A stretch of 61,405 nt of DNA, counting the filler, from Squatina squatina (taxonomy: Eukaryota), in assembly GCA_031763465.1 (NCBI GenBank). It is 4 parts of 4 records of this genome, joined end to end, with 100 filler letters (N's around TTAATTAATTAA, not from the genome) between each part and the next. Parts side by side here need not be neighbours in the genome. Positions count along the whole stretch, not along the records: positions 46,882 to 61,405 come from JARFOE010000149.1; 3 more parts are not named here. One strand, given 5' to 3'. Positions 49,196 through 61,405 of the stretch are shown piece after piece. Every line of letters begins with the position of its first letter. The first letter of the stretch is position 1. The notes beneath the pieces are model-generated. The model saw only the letters and a list, made by a program, of their open reading frames with translations. It searched no databases and was not told the DNA's origin. The position numbers and the translations under genes are program-made.

Positions 49196-49905
49196 TTTAT
49201 AATAAATGAAAGAGGCAGAATGCAACACGAAGTGTCCATGTGGAAGGCGAGGGACTTTGTTTCGGAACAGCAATAATGGAAAACATAGTTCAGAACTCTC
49301 TATTTCCCCCCACAGGTCCCCCGAAACTTTCAACTTTGTTTCACTTTCCTGTCCTCTCCCATTCGGTTGTGTGTTTTCAACTCCTCTGTTTTCAAGTTTG
49401 GAATGTTGAATCTATTTTTTAGGTGAAACTAAAATAAAGAAATGTGGCGGACGATTTCCCCGAGCATTTCGACACCTTAAATATTCGGTTTTGAAGGAAT
49501 ACACGGGAAGAAATAACAAACAGAGTCAGAATACGTGAATCAGATCCTGTCCCATTAACGGAGCGATCAGCAGGAAGTTCCTGAGGCTGTCAGCAAGCTC
49601 TTTCTCGGAGCTGATCTGAACATCGATCCAATGACATTAAAAAGGAAAACAGCTGATCCGGAGCAGTGAGGACAGTTTAACCGGTCGGTTCATTCTGTGA
49701 TCGATCTTTGGGACCGATTGGAGTTTGTGGTTTGTTTTCTCAGCCGCTCCTGGAAACAGTTGGGTGACAGTTTGATCCGAGGTTAATTTGGTTTCCTCTC
49801 GCTGTGTGTTTGAGCGCCTGACAGCGCGCTGCACATTGTGGCTGCCTCTGTCCTCGATTCTGCTCAACCCCAACAAACAGCGGCTCCGACCTGGTGTCCA
49901 TTGGC

Positions 49906-49944
49906 AGTTCATGTACGGGGATAAGACTGCTTTCCATCACTGTG
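49906..49944 (-). promoter_or_regulatory. V(D)J recombination signal sequence, 23-nt spacer
   Basis: CACAGTG (49938-49944) + 23 nt + ACATGAACT (49906-49914) immediately after YYCSLR. Confidence 0.92.
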
Positions 49945-50251
49945 AGTCTCAGAGAGCAGTAATACACGGCAGCATCAGCCAGCTGCAGCCCGGAGATGGT
50001 GAAACTGGTGAATTTAGTGGCGGTCTTCAGCTCGACAGAGAAACGGATTTCAGCAAAATCTGCTTTATTTTCAGCACCCCCCGAGTATTTCTTCAGTATA
50101 AACTCGGGCTGTGTGTCTGGCTGCTGTCGGTACCAGCATAAATCATAGTTGCTCACTGTGGTATCATAGGTGCAGCTTAAAGTCACCGCTTCTCCTTCTG
50201 TCTTAACTGCTGAGGACAGCGGCTGGGTGACAGAATCTCCATGACACAGAT
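49945..50251 (-). CDS. T-cell receptor alpha/delta variable gene segment, V exon
   Basis: DSVTQPLSSAVKTEGEAVTLSCTYDTTVSNYDLCWYRQQPDTQPEFIL..RFSVELK..FTISGLQLADAAVYYCSLR: Ig V-set C, WYRQ and DAAVYYC motifs, open frame, canonical acceptor. Confidence 0.9.
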
Positions 50252-50364
50252 CTGAAAAATATGTTCAAGCAGGAAAAGATCAGGCCGGCGGGTGAATAAA
50301 ATTCAGATTCAAAACATGTTTGGGAAATGAGAGAAATAATGAAAAGTGTTTGCTCCATAATTAC

Positions 50365-50410
50365 CTGTCAGAAATGCCCCCCACACAACCCAAATGCTGA
50401 GTAGCCGCAT
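50365..50410 (-). CDS. Leader exon of the TCR V gene (MRLLSIWVVWGAFLT-G)
   Basis: 46-nt phase-1 exon with g/gtaatt donor, in frame with the V exon across a 113-nt intron. Confidence 0.88.
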
Positions 50411-50619
50411 TGTCGCTGTCCGCTCTGTAAAAGTAGGATTGGATATTTGAAGACACCCTTTCTAATCCCCGCCCTCAATAATCTGCTGCCGTGTCTCAGG
50501 AAGCTCTCACCTCACTTCCTTTTGTCCCCAGTAGTGCTGGACGACCGGTAGTTGCTGGGCTGGCTGCCAGTAAATTGAACAACCACGAATCAAATGCATC
50601 AGTTTCATTATAATAACAA

Positions 50620-51095
50620 CAGCAGTTTTCATTTATATTGCACCTTTAATGTGTCAAACGTCCACAGGCGCTTCACACGAGTATTATAAGACAAGAATAT
50701 TGACACCGAGCCGCATAAGGAGAAAATTAGGGCAGGTGACCGAAAGTTGGTCCGAAGAGGTAGGTTCTAAGGAGCGTCTTGAAGGAGAAAAGAGAGGTAG
50801 AGAGGCGGAGAGGTTTCAACAGGGAATTCCAGAGCTCACGGCTTGAACTGCAGAAAGCACGGCCACCAATGGTGGAGCGATTATAATCTGGGATGCTCAA
50901 GAGGGCAGAATTAGAGGAGCACAGACAACTCTGTGGTTGTCGGGCTGAACGAGGTTACAGAGATTGGGAGGGTCGAGGCCATGGAAGGATTTGGAAACCA
51001 GCATGACAATTTTGAAATTGAGGCAATGCTTAACCAGGAGTCAATGTAAGTTAGCGAGCACAGGGATGATGGGTGAATGGGACTTGGTGCGAGCT
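50620..51095 (-). mobile_element. L2-clade LINE 3' end
   Basis: Similar to 22590-23010; antisense L2-like C-terminal coding remnant. Confidence 0.65.
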
Positions 51096-51610
51096 TGGAT
51101 ATGTAATAACAGAACACTTGGAAAGCATTAATGGGATTGGGCAAAGTCAACATGGGTTTATGAAAGGGAAACTATGCTTAACAAATCTAGTGGAGTTTTT
51201 TGAGGATGTAACGAGCAGAATAGATAAGGGAGAACCAGTGTATGTGGTGTATTTAGATTTTCAGAAGGCTTTTGATAAGGACCCACATGAGAGGTTAATG
51301 TGCAAAATTAAAGCACGTGGGATTGGGGACAATATACTGTTGTGGATTGAGAATTGCTTGACAGACAGGAAACAGAGAGTAGGAATAAACAGGGTTTTTT
51401 CAAGGTGGCAGGTAGTGGTTCATGGGATGCCGCAAGGATCAGTGCTTGGGCCCCAGCTATTCACAATATATATCAATGATTTGGATGAGGGAACTAAATC
51501 TAACATTTCCAAGTTTGCAGACGACACAAAGCTGGGAAGTGAGCTGGGAGGAGAATGCAGAGAGGCTCCAATGTGATTTAGTCAAGTTGGATGTGAGGGC
51601 AAATGCTTAC
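51096..51610 (+). mobile_element. CR1 LINE RT fragment
   Basis: [57 protein letters not shown]. Confidence 0.93.
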
Positions 51611-51699
51611 CAAGATCGCTAATTCATCTTTCTTTTCATTTCTCCATGCCAGAGCAGTAAAAGGATGAAGGCCTCTAATGATATTTCAGCACTAACTAC

Positions 51700-52400
51700 A
51701 AGGACAGATCTGCCAGATTTTAGATTCTGGGAATCTGTCACATTCAACTAATATCGTTTGCAAATGAGCATATTTTTCCATATCCCAGTCCTACAAATAA
51801 GTTCACTTGCTGTATGATTCAGTGAAGCCCAAGACGAGGCCTAGAACTTGTGGTTTGGCCTCCACTCGTCTTTTGGGTTCATTATCCCCTAGGCTGCAGC
51901 AGTGGAGAATACATGCCACTATTCATTTGGCTATACATTGCTTGGCTTAATGGCCTACCTGTGGTTTTAGTCCCATAAGAAATGACTAATTGTCGTGACT
52001 TATGAAAGGGCTCTGTACATTAAGATAGAGTTGTAAAGCCCTACAGGCATCTACTAAGTGGAGTTGGTGATGCAACTTCAGTTTGAAAGGAGGAAGATAA
52101 AATGAAGGAATAATAATCTGTTGTCCTAAATAGAAACAGGAGCCTGTTTTAGTGTCAAAATTAAAGTGAGTTTTGAAAAGTACAGGATATGGAAACCATA
52201 GCAAATGTGGTTTATCTGTACTGAGGGCTTTTAAGTCACTTGGAAACAAATGTTAGTCGTAAGGCATTTTTCCAAGAAAGGAACTTTTAAGTCGCATGAA
52301 TTCATGGGCTCAAATGGTATATTCATCAATTTTGGTAAAACAAAGTTAATGTGCCAGTTTTGAACATACTGAGAGGTCTGAGCCGGCAAAATTCACACTT
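51700..52400 (-). mobile_element. DIRS-type retrotransposon tyrosine recombinase remnant (degenerate)
   Basis: VLPKLMNIPFEP..; SDLKALSTDKPHL..KTHFNFDTK..FYLGQQIIIPSFY..QLHLVDACRALQLYL..; KQCIAK*IVACI follow the recalled DIRS1 YR pattern; stops and frameshifts. Confidence 0.7.
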
Positions 52401-53135
52401 GGCCTTCGTGGAAAATGACACAAGTGGCTAAACTGCTAATGAAGCAGACAAAGATCTGCGAGAAGCTGAAACATAAACTCGAATAGTGTTGAGTTTCAGC
52501 TACAAGTGTTGGAAATAATTTAAAATAAAGCTAATAGCTTTTTTAAAAAGTCAGCAGAGGCGTGATAGGCTGAATGGCCACCTGTGCTGTCTGATTCTAT
52601 CTCATACAAACAAGGTTAACACTTTGCTTGAAATATCGAGCATTAACTACTTTTCATTTGCTGTTCTAAGTCTCGATCATAGAAACTCTACAGGAGCTTA
52701 TTAAGATATTTACGATCATTGTTGAAGGGCCTTTGTTAATTAGCCTGCGTCTTTTAATAAATAGTCTGAGTCAGTAGTGAGAGAACTTAGATGACATCAA
52801 GTAATGTAAGGACTCAATAAAGAAATGGGGAAAAGGAACAAATGATCTGGTATGTTGAGCATGAAAATGCCCAATCATATGCGGACAACTTTAGCATCAT
52901 GATCGTAAAGTTATCTGTTATTCTCCAGGACCGGTAGGGCAAGCGACACACTCCTGTGGACAGTACATAATGACAAAAAAATCTTTAATTTCACATGTAG
53001 AGAGATCTAAGGCACTTGCTATCTTTGAAATTATTNNNNNNNNNNNNNNNNNNNNNNNNNNNNNNNNNNNNNNNNNNNNNNNNNNNNNNNNNNNNNNNNN
53101 NNNNNNNNNNNNNNNNNNNNNNNNNNNNNNNNNNN

Positions 53136-53705
53136 CTAGTACTGAGCCCTGTGGAACCCCACTGGAAACAGCCATCCATTATCAAAAAAACCTGTTGACC
53201 AATACCCTTTGCTTCCTGCCACTGAGCCAATTTTGAATCCACCTTGCCAGTTTCCCTTGGATCCTATGGGCTTTTACTTTTTTGATCAACCTGCCATATG
53301 GGACATTGTCAAAAGCCTTGCTGACATCCATGTAGACTGCATCAGACCCACTACCCTCATCGACCATCCCTGTTACTTCCTCAAAAAATTCAATCAAAGT
53401 TAGTGAGACATGACCTTCCCTTAATGAACCCATGTTGACTGCCCTTGATTAATCGGTGTCTTTCGAAATGACAATTAATACTGTCCCTCAGAATTTTTTT
53501 CCAATAATTATCCCACCAGCGAAGTTAGGCTGACTGGCCTGTAATTACTTAATCTATCAACTTCTCTCTTTTAAAACATGTAAGCAGTCCTCCAGTCCTC
53601 CAGCCCCACACCTGTAGGTAGAGAGGATTGGAAATTGATGGTCAGAGCCTTGCTATTTCCTCCTTTGCCTCTCTTAACAGCATGGGGTACATTTCATCCG
53701 GGCCT
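53136..53705 (-). mobile_element. CR1 LINE RT fragment
   Basis: [50 protein letters not shown]. Confidence 0.9.
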
Positions 53706-54575
53706 NNNNNNNNNNNNNNNNNNNNNNNNNNNNNNNNNNNNNNNNNNNNNNNNNNNNNNNNNNNNNNNNNNNNNNNNNNNNNNNNNNNNNNNNNNNNNNN
53801 NNNNNNNNNNNNNNNNNNNNNNNNNNNNNNNNNNNNNNNNNNNNNNNNNNNNNNNNNNNNNNNNNNNNNNNNNNNNNNNNNNNNNNNNNNNNNNNNNNNN
53901 NNNNNNNNNNNNNNNNNNNNNNNNNNNNNNNNNNNNNNNNNNNNNNNNNNNNNNNNNNNNNNNNNNNNNNNNNNNNNNNNNNNNNNNNNNNNNNNNNNNN
54001 NNNNNNNNNNNNNNNNNNNNNNNNNNNNNNNNNNNNNNNNNNNNNNNNNNNNNNNNNNNNNNNNNNNNNNNNNNNNNNNNNNNNNNNNNNNNNNNNNNNN
54101 NNNNNNNNNNNNNNNNNNNNNNNNNNNNNNNNNNNNNNNNNNNNNNNNNNNNNNNNNNNNNNNNNNNNNNNNNNNNNNNNNNNNNNNNNNNNNNNNNNNN
54201 NNNNNNNNNNNNNNNNNNNNNNNNNNNNNNNNNNNNNNNNNNNNNNNNNNNNNNNNNNNNNNNNNNNNNNNNNNNNNNNNNNNNNNNNNNNNNNNNNNNN
54301 NNNNNNNNNNNNNNNNNNNNNNNNNNNNNNNNNNNNNNNNNNNNNNNNNNNNNNNNNNNNNNNNNNNNNNNNNNNNNNNNNNNNNNNNNNNNNNNNNNNN
54401 NNNNNNNNNNNNNNNNNNNNNNNNNNNNNNNNNNNNNNNNNNNNNNNNNNNNNNNNNNNNNNNNNNNNNNNNNNNNNNNNNNNNNNNNNNNNNNNNNNNN
54501 NNNNNNNNNNNNNNNNNNNNNNNNNNNNNNNNNNNNNNNNNNNNNNNNNNNNNNNNNNNNNNNNNNNNNNNNNNN

Positions 54576-54745
54576 TGTCATCAGCAAACTTGGAGATAGT
54601 ACACTTAGGTCCCTCATCCAAATCATTAATATATATTGTGAATAGCTGCGGTCCTAGCACCGATGCCTGCGGTACTCCACCAGTCACTGCCTGCCACTCG
54701 GAAAAAGACCCATTTATTCCTACTCTTTGTTTCCTGTCATCAACC
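54576..54745 (-). mobile_element. CR1 LINE RT fragment
   Basis: [47 protein letters not shown]. Confidence 0.9.
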
Positions 54746-54749
54746 GGTT

Positions 54750-55960
54750 TCCTTAAAGGGACCATGGTCACATTGATTTTGAGTTATGCGGTCAGTGTTC
54801 TATAGCATTAAGGTGCTGCAAACACTGACAAACACTGCACAAAGGTGCACAGTTGCACCCAGGCTCTCCCTTGATTCCCCCCAGATGCTTATGGAGGGAG
54901 TCACAGCACACAGGGAGGTTCTCTTCCCTTCCAATTGGTGGAAGAAATCACTCCAGGAGACCAATGCAGCCTGGTTCCACATTGTACAGGAGGGCACAAG
55001 CAGGGATGTTGTCAGGAGGACCGAGCTGCAGTGGCGCACACCTTTCAATGATCTCAGTAGATCACAAAATGTTACTGCAAAGCCACACTCAGCTTCATCC
55101 TGCTGTGCCACTCATCACGTCCTCATCACTCTGCCTTCCCTACCCTACTCCTGCACATCCTTACTCACACCAACTGACCTTGCACCTCTCCATCCCTCTC
55201 TCTCTATCTACATTATCACATCCCCATCTCACTAGCCACCCCTCACACTCACATTCATCCTATTCCAATCATACCCACTAACAACACACAAGAGTAGGCA
55301 CATGTCTTTTAGCCAACGTTCATGCAGAGTTTCTGATAATGTGTTGTCAAACATTGATATCTTTATTTTGAACACTTTGTGTTCTTGGACAGATTTATGT
55401 ACACCTTTGGAAGTAGCTTAGTGAGTTGCAGTGAATGGTGAGACATAACAGTACCCCTGTAATGGTGATGAGTGTGAAAGGAATGGCTTGGGCATTGTAG
55501 GGATGCTTTATGGTGCTGGTGTGGGGTGGTGCCAACCTGGCGCATCATGTGGCAGCCAGGGTGTACAGCATAAAATGAAATAAATGTGGCCATGGTGAGG
55601 CCATCCCTGGCAGCAATGTATTTGGGTGCTGATGCCCTGTGGCCTGTGCAGCATCAGGTGATTGCAGAGAAGGTTGTTGTTGCTGTTGGTGACGCTGGTG
55701 TGCTTAGTGATGTTGTGTTGGAGCTGATCGTGGTGGGATTCTGAGGACCAAAGTGATATTTTTTTCCCAAGGTCACCCTTGCTGCTGGAATAGATGGCGG
55801 GTGAGGTTGAGATGACAGAAGCGATTTGTTAATGGTGAGAGAGGTTGCTCCAAGGAGGTGACAGTGAGTACAGAGTTAACTGCAAACTCTTCCATACTGC
55901 ATATAGCTCAAAAGTGACCTCAACTAGTGAAAGAAATCGAGACTGACTGTGAACCTGACT
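54750..55960 (+). mobile_element. Harbinger-type transposon internal remnant with Myb/SANT-like ORF
   Basis: APRLSLDSPQMLMEGVTAHREVLFPS..ETNAAWFHIVQE..RRTELQWRTPFNDL (about 54850-55070) resembles Harbinger Myb/SANT DNA-binding domains; element boundaries approximate. Confidence 0.6.
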
Positions 55961-55974
55961 GCAATTATGTAGAA

Positions 55975-58900
55975 GCATATAAAATAGGAGCAGGAGTAGA
56001 CCATTCGGCCCTGCTCCACCATATGATCATCTACTTCAGTACGCTGTTTCCGCTTTCTCCCCATATCCCTTAATCCATTTAGCATTAAGAAATATATCTA
56101 CCTCTTGAATATATTTAACGACTTGGCCTCCACTGCCTTCTGTGGTAGCGAATTCCACAGGTTCACCACCCTCTGAGTGAAGAAATTTCTCCTCATNNNN
56201 NNNNNNNNNNNNNNNNNNNNNNNNNNNNNNNNNNNNNNNNNNNNNNNNNNNNNNNNNNNNNNNNNNNNNNNNNNNNNNNNNNNNNNNNNNNNNNNNNNNN
56301 NNNNNNNNNNNNNNNNNNNNNNNNNNNNNNNNNNNNNNNNNNNNNNNNNNNNNNNNNNNNNNNNNNNNNNNNNNNNNNNNNNNNNNNNNNNNNNNNNNNN
56401 NNNNNNNNNNNNNNNNNNNNNNNNNNNNNNNNNNNNNNNNNNNNNNNNNNNNNNNNNNNNNNNNNNNNNNNNNNNNNNNNNNNNNNNNNNNNNNNNNNNN
56501 NNNNNNNNNNNNNNNNNNNNNNNNNNNNNNNNNNNNNNNNNNNNNNNNNNNNNNNNNNNNNNNNNNNNNNNNNNNNNNNNNNNNNNNNNNNNNNNNNNNN
56601 NNNNNNNNNNNNNNNNNNNNNNNNNNNNNNNNNNNNNNNNNNNNNNNNNNNNNNNNNNNNNNNNNNNNNNNNNNNNNNNNNNNNNNNNNNNNNNNNNNNN
56701 NNNNNNNNNNNNNNNNNNNNNNNNNNNNNNNNNNNNNNNNNNNNNNNNNNNNNNNNNNNNNNNNNNNNNNNNNNNNNNNNNNNNNTCTTGTAATAAAGGC
56801 CAACATTTGCTTTCTTAATTGCTTGCTGTACCTGCAGGTTAACTTCCAGTGATGTGTACAAGGACACCCAGGTCCCTCTGAACACCAACATTTCCCAATC
56901 TCTCACCGTTTAAAAAATACGCTTTTCTATTTTTCCTGCCAAAGTGGATAACTTCATACTTCTCCAGTCGCTATGTTCTTGCCAACTCACCTAGCTGGTC
57001 TATATCCCTTTGAAGTCTCTTTGCATCCCCTTCACAACTTACATTCCCACCTAGCTTTGTATCATCAGCAAACATGGCTATATTACATTTAATCCCCTCA
57101 TCCAAATCATTGATATCGATTGTGAACAGCTGAGGCCTAAACACTGATCCTTGCGGTACCCCACTAGTGGCAGCCTACCAACCTGAAAATGAGCCGTTTA
57201 TTCCTACTATGTTTTCTGACCGTTAACCAATCCTCAATCCATGCTAGTATATTAGCTACAATTCTGTGAGCCCTAGGGGTCAAAATTGCCCTGTTTAGCA
57301 ACGCCCGTTAGCAGAGGTTATACCATGGTAGCATAGCGCCCCAGGCCATCGCACAACCAGCGAAGATGTCGTAACTGTGGCCAGCAACCCCTCAGTGCCG
57401 CACGCCAACCCCTTTTCGCCCCGCAACAGACATTGGCCAGCGCCCCGCGAGGCTGCCACGAGTGGAGTCAGTGCCAGCTCGCGGGTCACAAACTGGGTCG
57501 ACCTCCACTTGCGGGACAAAAGTTAACAGGTAGGTCGGGAGTGCCCCGCGCCGCCATTTTATCCGGTTGGCCCCTTCTTTATTTCTCTAGCGTGGTCCGA
57601 GCCTCCATCGTGTAGCCCGGCACTCTGTTTTGGGTGCTGGGCTGCGGTCTCGGCACAATGCCACCCTGTTGGTCCAGTGGAGGCCATCAGAGGCCCAGCA
57701 GTGTGCGCAGTGGCCCTCCCCTTTAACCGCGGAGCAGCCAAACAGCATTGTCGATTGCGCCTCAGTATCACCCCGGAACATGCCCCATCAGGAAATGGAG
57801 CGTGCAAGATTGCGTTCCACTTCCTGTGAGGGGCGGTAATGTCAATTTAGCGTCAGCGGTGGGATTTCCGTGCCGGGTGCAGGAATTCCCGCCCGAGCTG
57901 GTGACCACCACCAATTGGGGTGCTGGGGAATTTCTCCCCCTTAATGTTGTTTACTAACCTCTTGTGTGGCACCTTATCGAATGCCTTCTGAAAATCCAAA
58001 CACACCACATCCACTGGTTCCCCCTTATCTATTCTGCTCGTTACAATCTCAAAAATCTGCAACAGATTCGTCAATCATGATTTCCCTTTGATAAATCAGT
58101 GTTGACTCCGCCCAATCCTATTGTTATTTTCTAAGTGCCCTGTGCCACGTCCTTAATAATAGATTCTAGCATTTTTCTAACGACTGGTTTCAGGCTAACA
58201 GGTCTGCAGTTCTCCGTTTTTTCTCTCCTTCCTTTCGTAAATAGTGGGGTTACATTTGCTACCTTCCAATCTGTGGGAACTGTTCTAGAATCTAAGGAAT
58301 TTTGGAAGATGACAACCAATACATCCGCTATCTCTATAGGCACCTCTTTCAAAACCCTAAGATGTAGACCAGCAGGTCCAGGGGATTTATCAGCTTTTAA
58401 TTTCCGTAGCACTATTCTGTTACTAATTCTAGTTCCTCAGTCTCGCTAGCCCCTTGGTTCTTCACTATTTTTTGCGTCTTCTTCTGTGAAGGCAGACACA
58501 AAGGCCGCAATTTTGCCACTTNNNNNNNNNNNNNNNNNNNNNNNNNNNNNNNNNNNNNNNNNNNNNNNNNNNNNNNNNNNNNNNNNNNNNNNNNNNNNNN
58601 NNNNNNNNNNNNNNNNNNNNNACAGAGAGATGGTAAGGTGGGGAAGGGGTGAGCAAGGGGGACCTGGGGTTTCAATCAGGGTAATGTACAAGGGTTGCAT
58701 GCCGATTGATGTCACGATCTGCATGTTTACCTTTGGGAGGAGGGAGCAGGGAACGGCAGCACTAACGTCCTCTCCAAAATGGCACTGCCATGTTCCATGC
58801 TGGAAGTGGGCAGAAGCGAGGCAGCCACTATTTATTCAACAAAACTCTCCGTAATGGCTGAAACTACACCCCGAATTTCGTCGCCATTCTGGTTTTCTAT

Positions 58901-59490
58901 TTTTTCTACCGAAATTGATAACCTCACATTTCCCCACATTATACTCCATCTGCCACTTTATTGCCTACTCACTTAACCTGTCTATATCCCTTTGTAGGCG
59001 CTTTGCGTCCTCCTCACAGCTTACTTCCCCACCTAGCTTTGTATCATCAGCAAACTTGGATGCACTGCACTCGGCCCCTTCATCTAAGTCATTAATATAG
59101 ATTGTAAATAGCTCAGGCCCAAGCACTGATCCCTGTGGTACCCCACCAGTTACAGCCTGCCAACCCAAAAATGATCCATTTATTCCAACTCTCTGATTTC
59201 TGTCTGTTAACCAATCCTCACTCCATGCTAATATAGCACCTCCAATCCCATGAGCCCTAATTTTCTGTAATAACCTCTTGTGTGTATCGAATGCTTTTGA
59301 AAAGCCAAATAGACTATATCCACTGGTTCCCCTAATCTACCCTGTTAATTACAACCTCGAAAAACGTTAACAGATCTGTCAAACATGATTTCCTTTTCAT
59401 AAATCCGTGTTGACCCTGCCCAATCAAATTGTGATTTTCTAAGTGCCCTGCTACCAGGTCGTTAATAATAAATTCCAGCATTCTCCCTCA
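55975..59490 (-). mobile_element. Cluster of CR1 LINE fragments with nested MITEs
   Basis: KSPGPAGLH.RVLKE..DWKVANVTPLF.KG..RPVSL; [13 protein letters not shown]; [20 protein letters not shown]. Confidence 0.88.
57276..57940. mobile_element. MITE (Harbinger-like) inserted in CR1
   Basis: Termini ggggtcaaaattgccc / ggggaatttctcccc; CR1 sequence resumes on both sides. Confidence 0.65.
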
Positions 59491-61140
59491 CAGTCATTCT
59501 GTGGAATGCATTAATGTTGTTTTTCTGTGCAACTTTAAGATTTATTTCAAACAGTTAGCTTGCTTTCTTTTTTGTACTATTTACCAAAACAAATAATTGG
59601 AACTAGAACTTTCTAAAACAAAGAGATGAAATCAAAAAATTCATTTCCTTTTCATACAAAGTACTACCTGATTACTTGAAAGTGCTGGATTGAAGACTGT
59701 TTCAATTCAGAATGGCCCACGAGTACAGAGTTAATATATTCATAAGTGCCTGACTTAATGCTTTTCATGGCTAAGTCAATGATCAGAACAGAACAAAATT
59801 ATTTTGTTTCAGTTCTATTTTCCTAATAAAGATGATTTGTCTCATAAAAACAATGAAGCAGAAGACCACAATCCCCAAAAGCACTAAAATTCACCACTGT
59901 TTACCAATGTTTCTCAGCTAGCAGGTCTTATTTAATACACCTACACATTAATGGAATAATTTGTCGCTGGGGATTATGTTTTTGATACATGAAATTTGAT
60001 GCAAGATAATATATCATTTTTTCTACAGGCTGGACTACAATTTTAATCAGTTGTTATCCTTTCCTGGGAATATTAGCGTGCACACAATTTGTTTGATAGA
60101 AGTAAATGGATTTTTTCAAAGCACCACAGTGCTTCAGCAACTCCCTAATATGTCTAAGAAAACACCAATAACTGCAGTAGCACTTTTTAAACATTTTAAA
60201 AAATATAGTTCCGCTGACCTAGATCTCAATCTATGAAAATTTGTGTAGATGTTAATATATTAACTTGTAGGAATACTTACAGAAATAGACACTGAATGTG
60301 CCTTCCTAACAAGAATATATGTTTTAAGATTTTTCAGAACTTTTGAATTCTGGCATCATTTTCTGAACAAAGGAAAATAAACATAATAAATAAACTGCAT
60401 TCATTTCTACTCTCCCACATTTCTAAAGGTGGCAAATCATCTAATTAGCATCCCAATTGCCCTTGATAAACTCGTACTCAAAAAATGGCTTTTAAGATAT
60501 TACTAACATTGTGAAATCTACATAAAAGTATTGTTAAATTCTTGTCTTTCACACTTTTTCAAATATTTTGACAATTTTGGGATATACAATGGAAGTTTAA
60601 TAATCCACACTCTAATTATCCAGCAGAATTTTGCAGAGCAAAACTTTACCTAGTGGCACAACTATTTTTGTTAGTTGTTTTTTGTCACCTTTTCTTAGAG
60701 AATAAAACTGCACAATCTTTCTCTTGTTTGCACTGTCGTTCGTTCTATTCATACATATTATGCACTCAAGACCAAAATATACAACTCTCAATTATCCTCG
60801 AAATTGCATTATCCATGATGGTGCTCCTCCAATACATTATAATATATTTCTGTGAAGGATTGCTGTTCATTTGCGTAGTCTGAGGCAGTTTATAGAAAAA
60901 CATCACAGGATAATATCACAGAGACGAACAGCAGTACCTCTTCAAAGAAATAGTATCAGGCCTGAGCACTGTAGACTAACAGTCAATCAATTTCCATATT
61001 GTCACACTCAGGTTACCGTTACAGGGAAAATATTTCCTCTGGTGGGGAATCCAGAGCAAGAAGTCATAATGTTAAAATTAGAATTAGGCACTTTAGTAGT
61101 AGAATCACAAAGCACTTGTTCACACAATGTCTGTGGATGC

Positions 61141-61405
61141 TGGGGCGGCCAATTTGTCCTTTTTTGGGGGGCGCTAAAGTAACGTTAAATTGGCGTTAAG
61201 GGCCTAACGCCGATTTTGGGCTCTAACTTTATCAATGGGAAATTCGTGTCCCGTTAACGCTGGCACTAAATGGGCGTTACATCTCTAGCGCTGGAAACTC
61301 AGCATCCAGCACTAGATGCCGTCAATGACACCATCAGTCGGCGTAATGCCCAAAATAGCCGCCCGCTGAAAAATTTGATGATGTTGCTATCCCTTAAAAG
61401 TAGCG
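61141..61405. mobile_element. MITE start (same broad family), truncated by window end
   Basis: ggggcggccaatttg terminus followed by CpG-rich ggggcgcta/ggcgtta/taacgc motifs as at 238-300. Confidence 0.5.

Noticed and set aside
49830-49845. CACAATG heptamer-like site downstream of the V RSS (possible D segment)
   Set aside because: No acceptable nonamer at 12 or 23 nt and no upstream RSS
49945-50251. IgNAR, NAR-TCR or IgH V identity for the V exon
   Set aside because: Framework motifs and full-length CDR2 region fit TCR alpha/delta; it has its own leader; no nearby D segments with paired RSS found

Overview
Vertebrate genomic DNA, almost certainly from a cartilaginous fish (shark). This is inferred from Deu-domain SINEs, shark-type CR1/L2/RTE/Penelope repeats and a shark-type TCR V gene. 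The window is four separate scaffolds joined by artificial N44-TTAATTAATTAA-N44 linkers, and each scaffold is broken by many 100-N gaps, so genes appear as isolated exons. Scaffold 1 (1-12810) has five minus-strand KTN1 (kinectin) exons, including a probable terminal exon. Scaffold 2 (12911-32348) has a NAC-domain exon (NACAD-like), two actin-like exons on opposite strands, a first exon resembling a cathelicidin/cathelin precursor, four PTH1R exons and an antisense DDX60 exon just upstream of the last PTH1R exon. Scaffold 3 (32449-46781) has DH and PH exons plus a candidate first exon of a divergent ARHGEF9/ARHGEF4/SPATA13-family GEF. Scaffold 4 (46882-61405) has an intact TCR alpha/delta V gene with leader exon and 23-RSS, a possible second truncated RSS, DIRS recombinase and Harbinger Myb remnants, and many CR1 fragments. 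All gene identities come from recalled protein sequences and manual translation, not database searches. The best leads are the putative shark cathelicidin in conserved synteny, the divergent collybistin-family paralogue and the out-of-place DDX60 exon.
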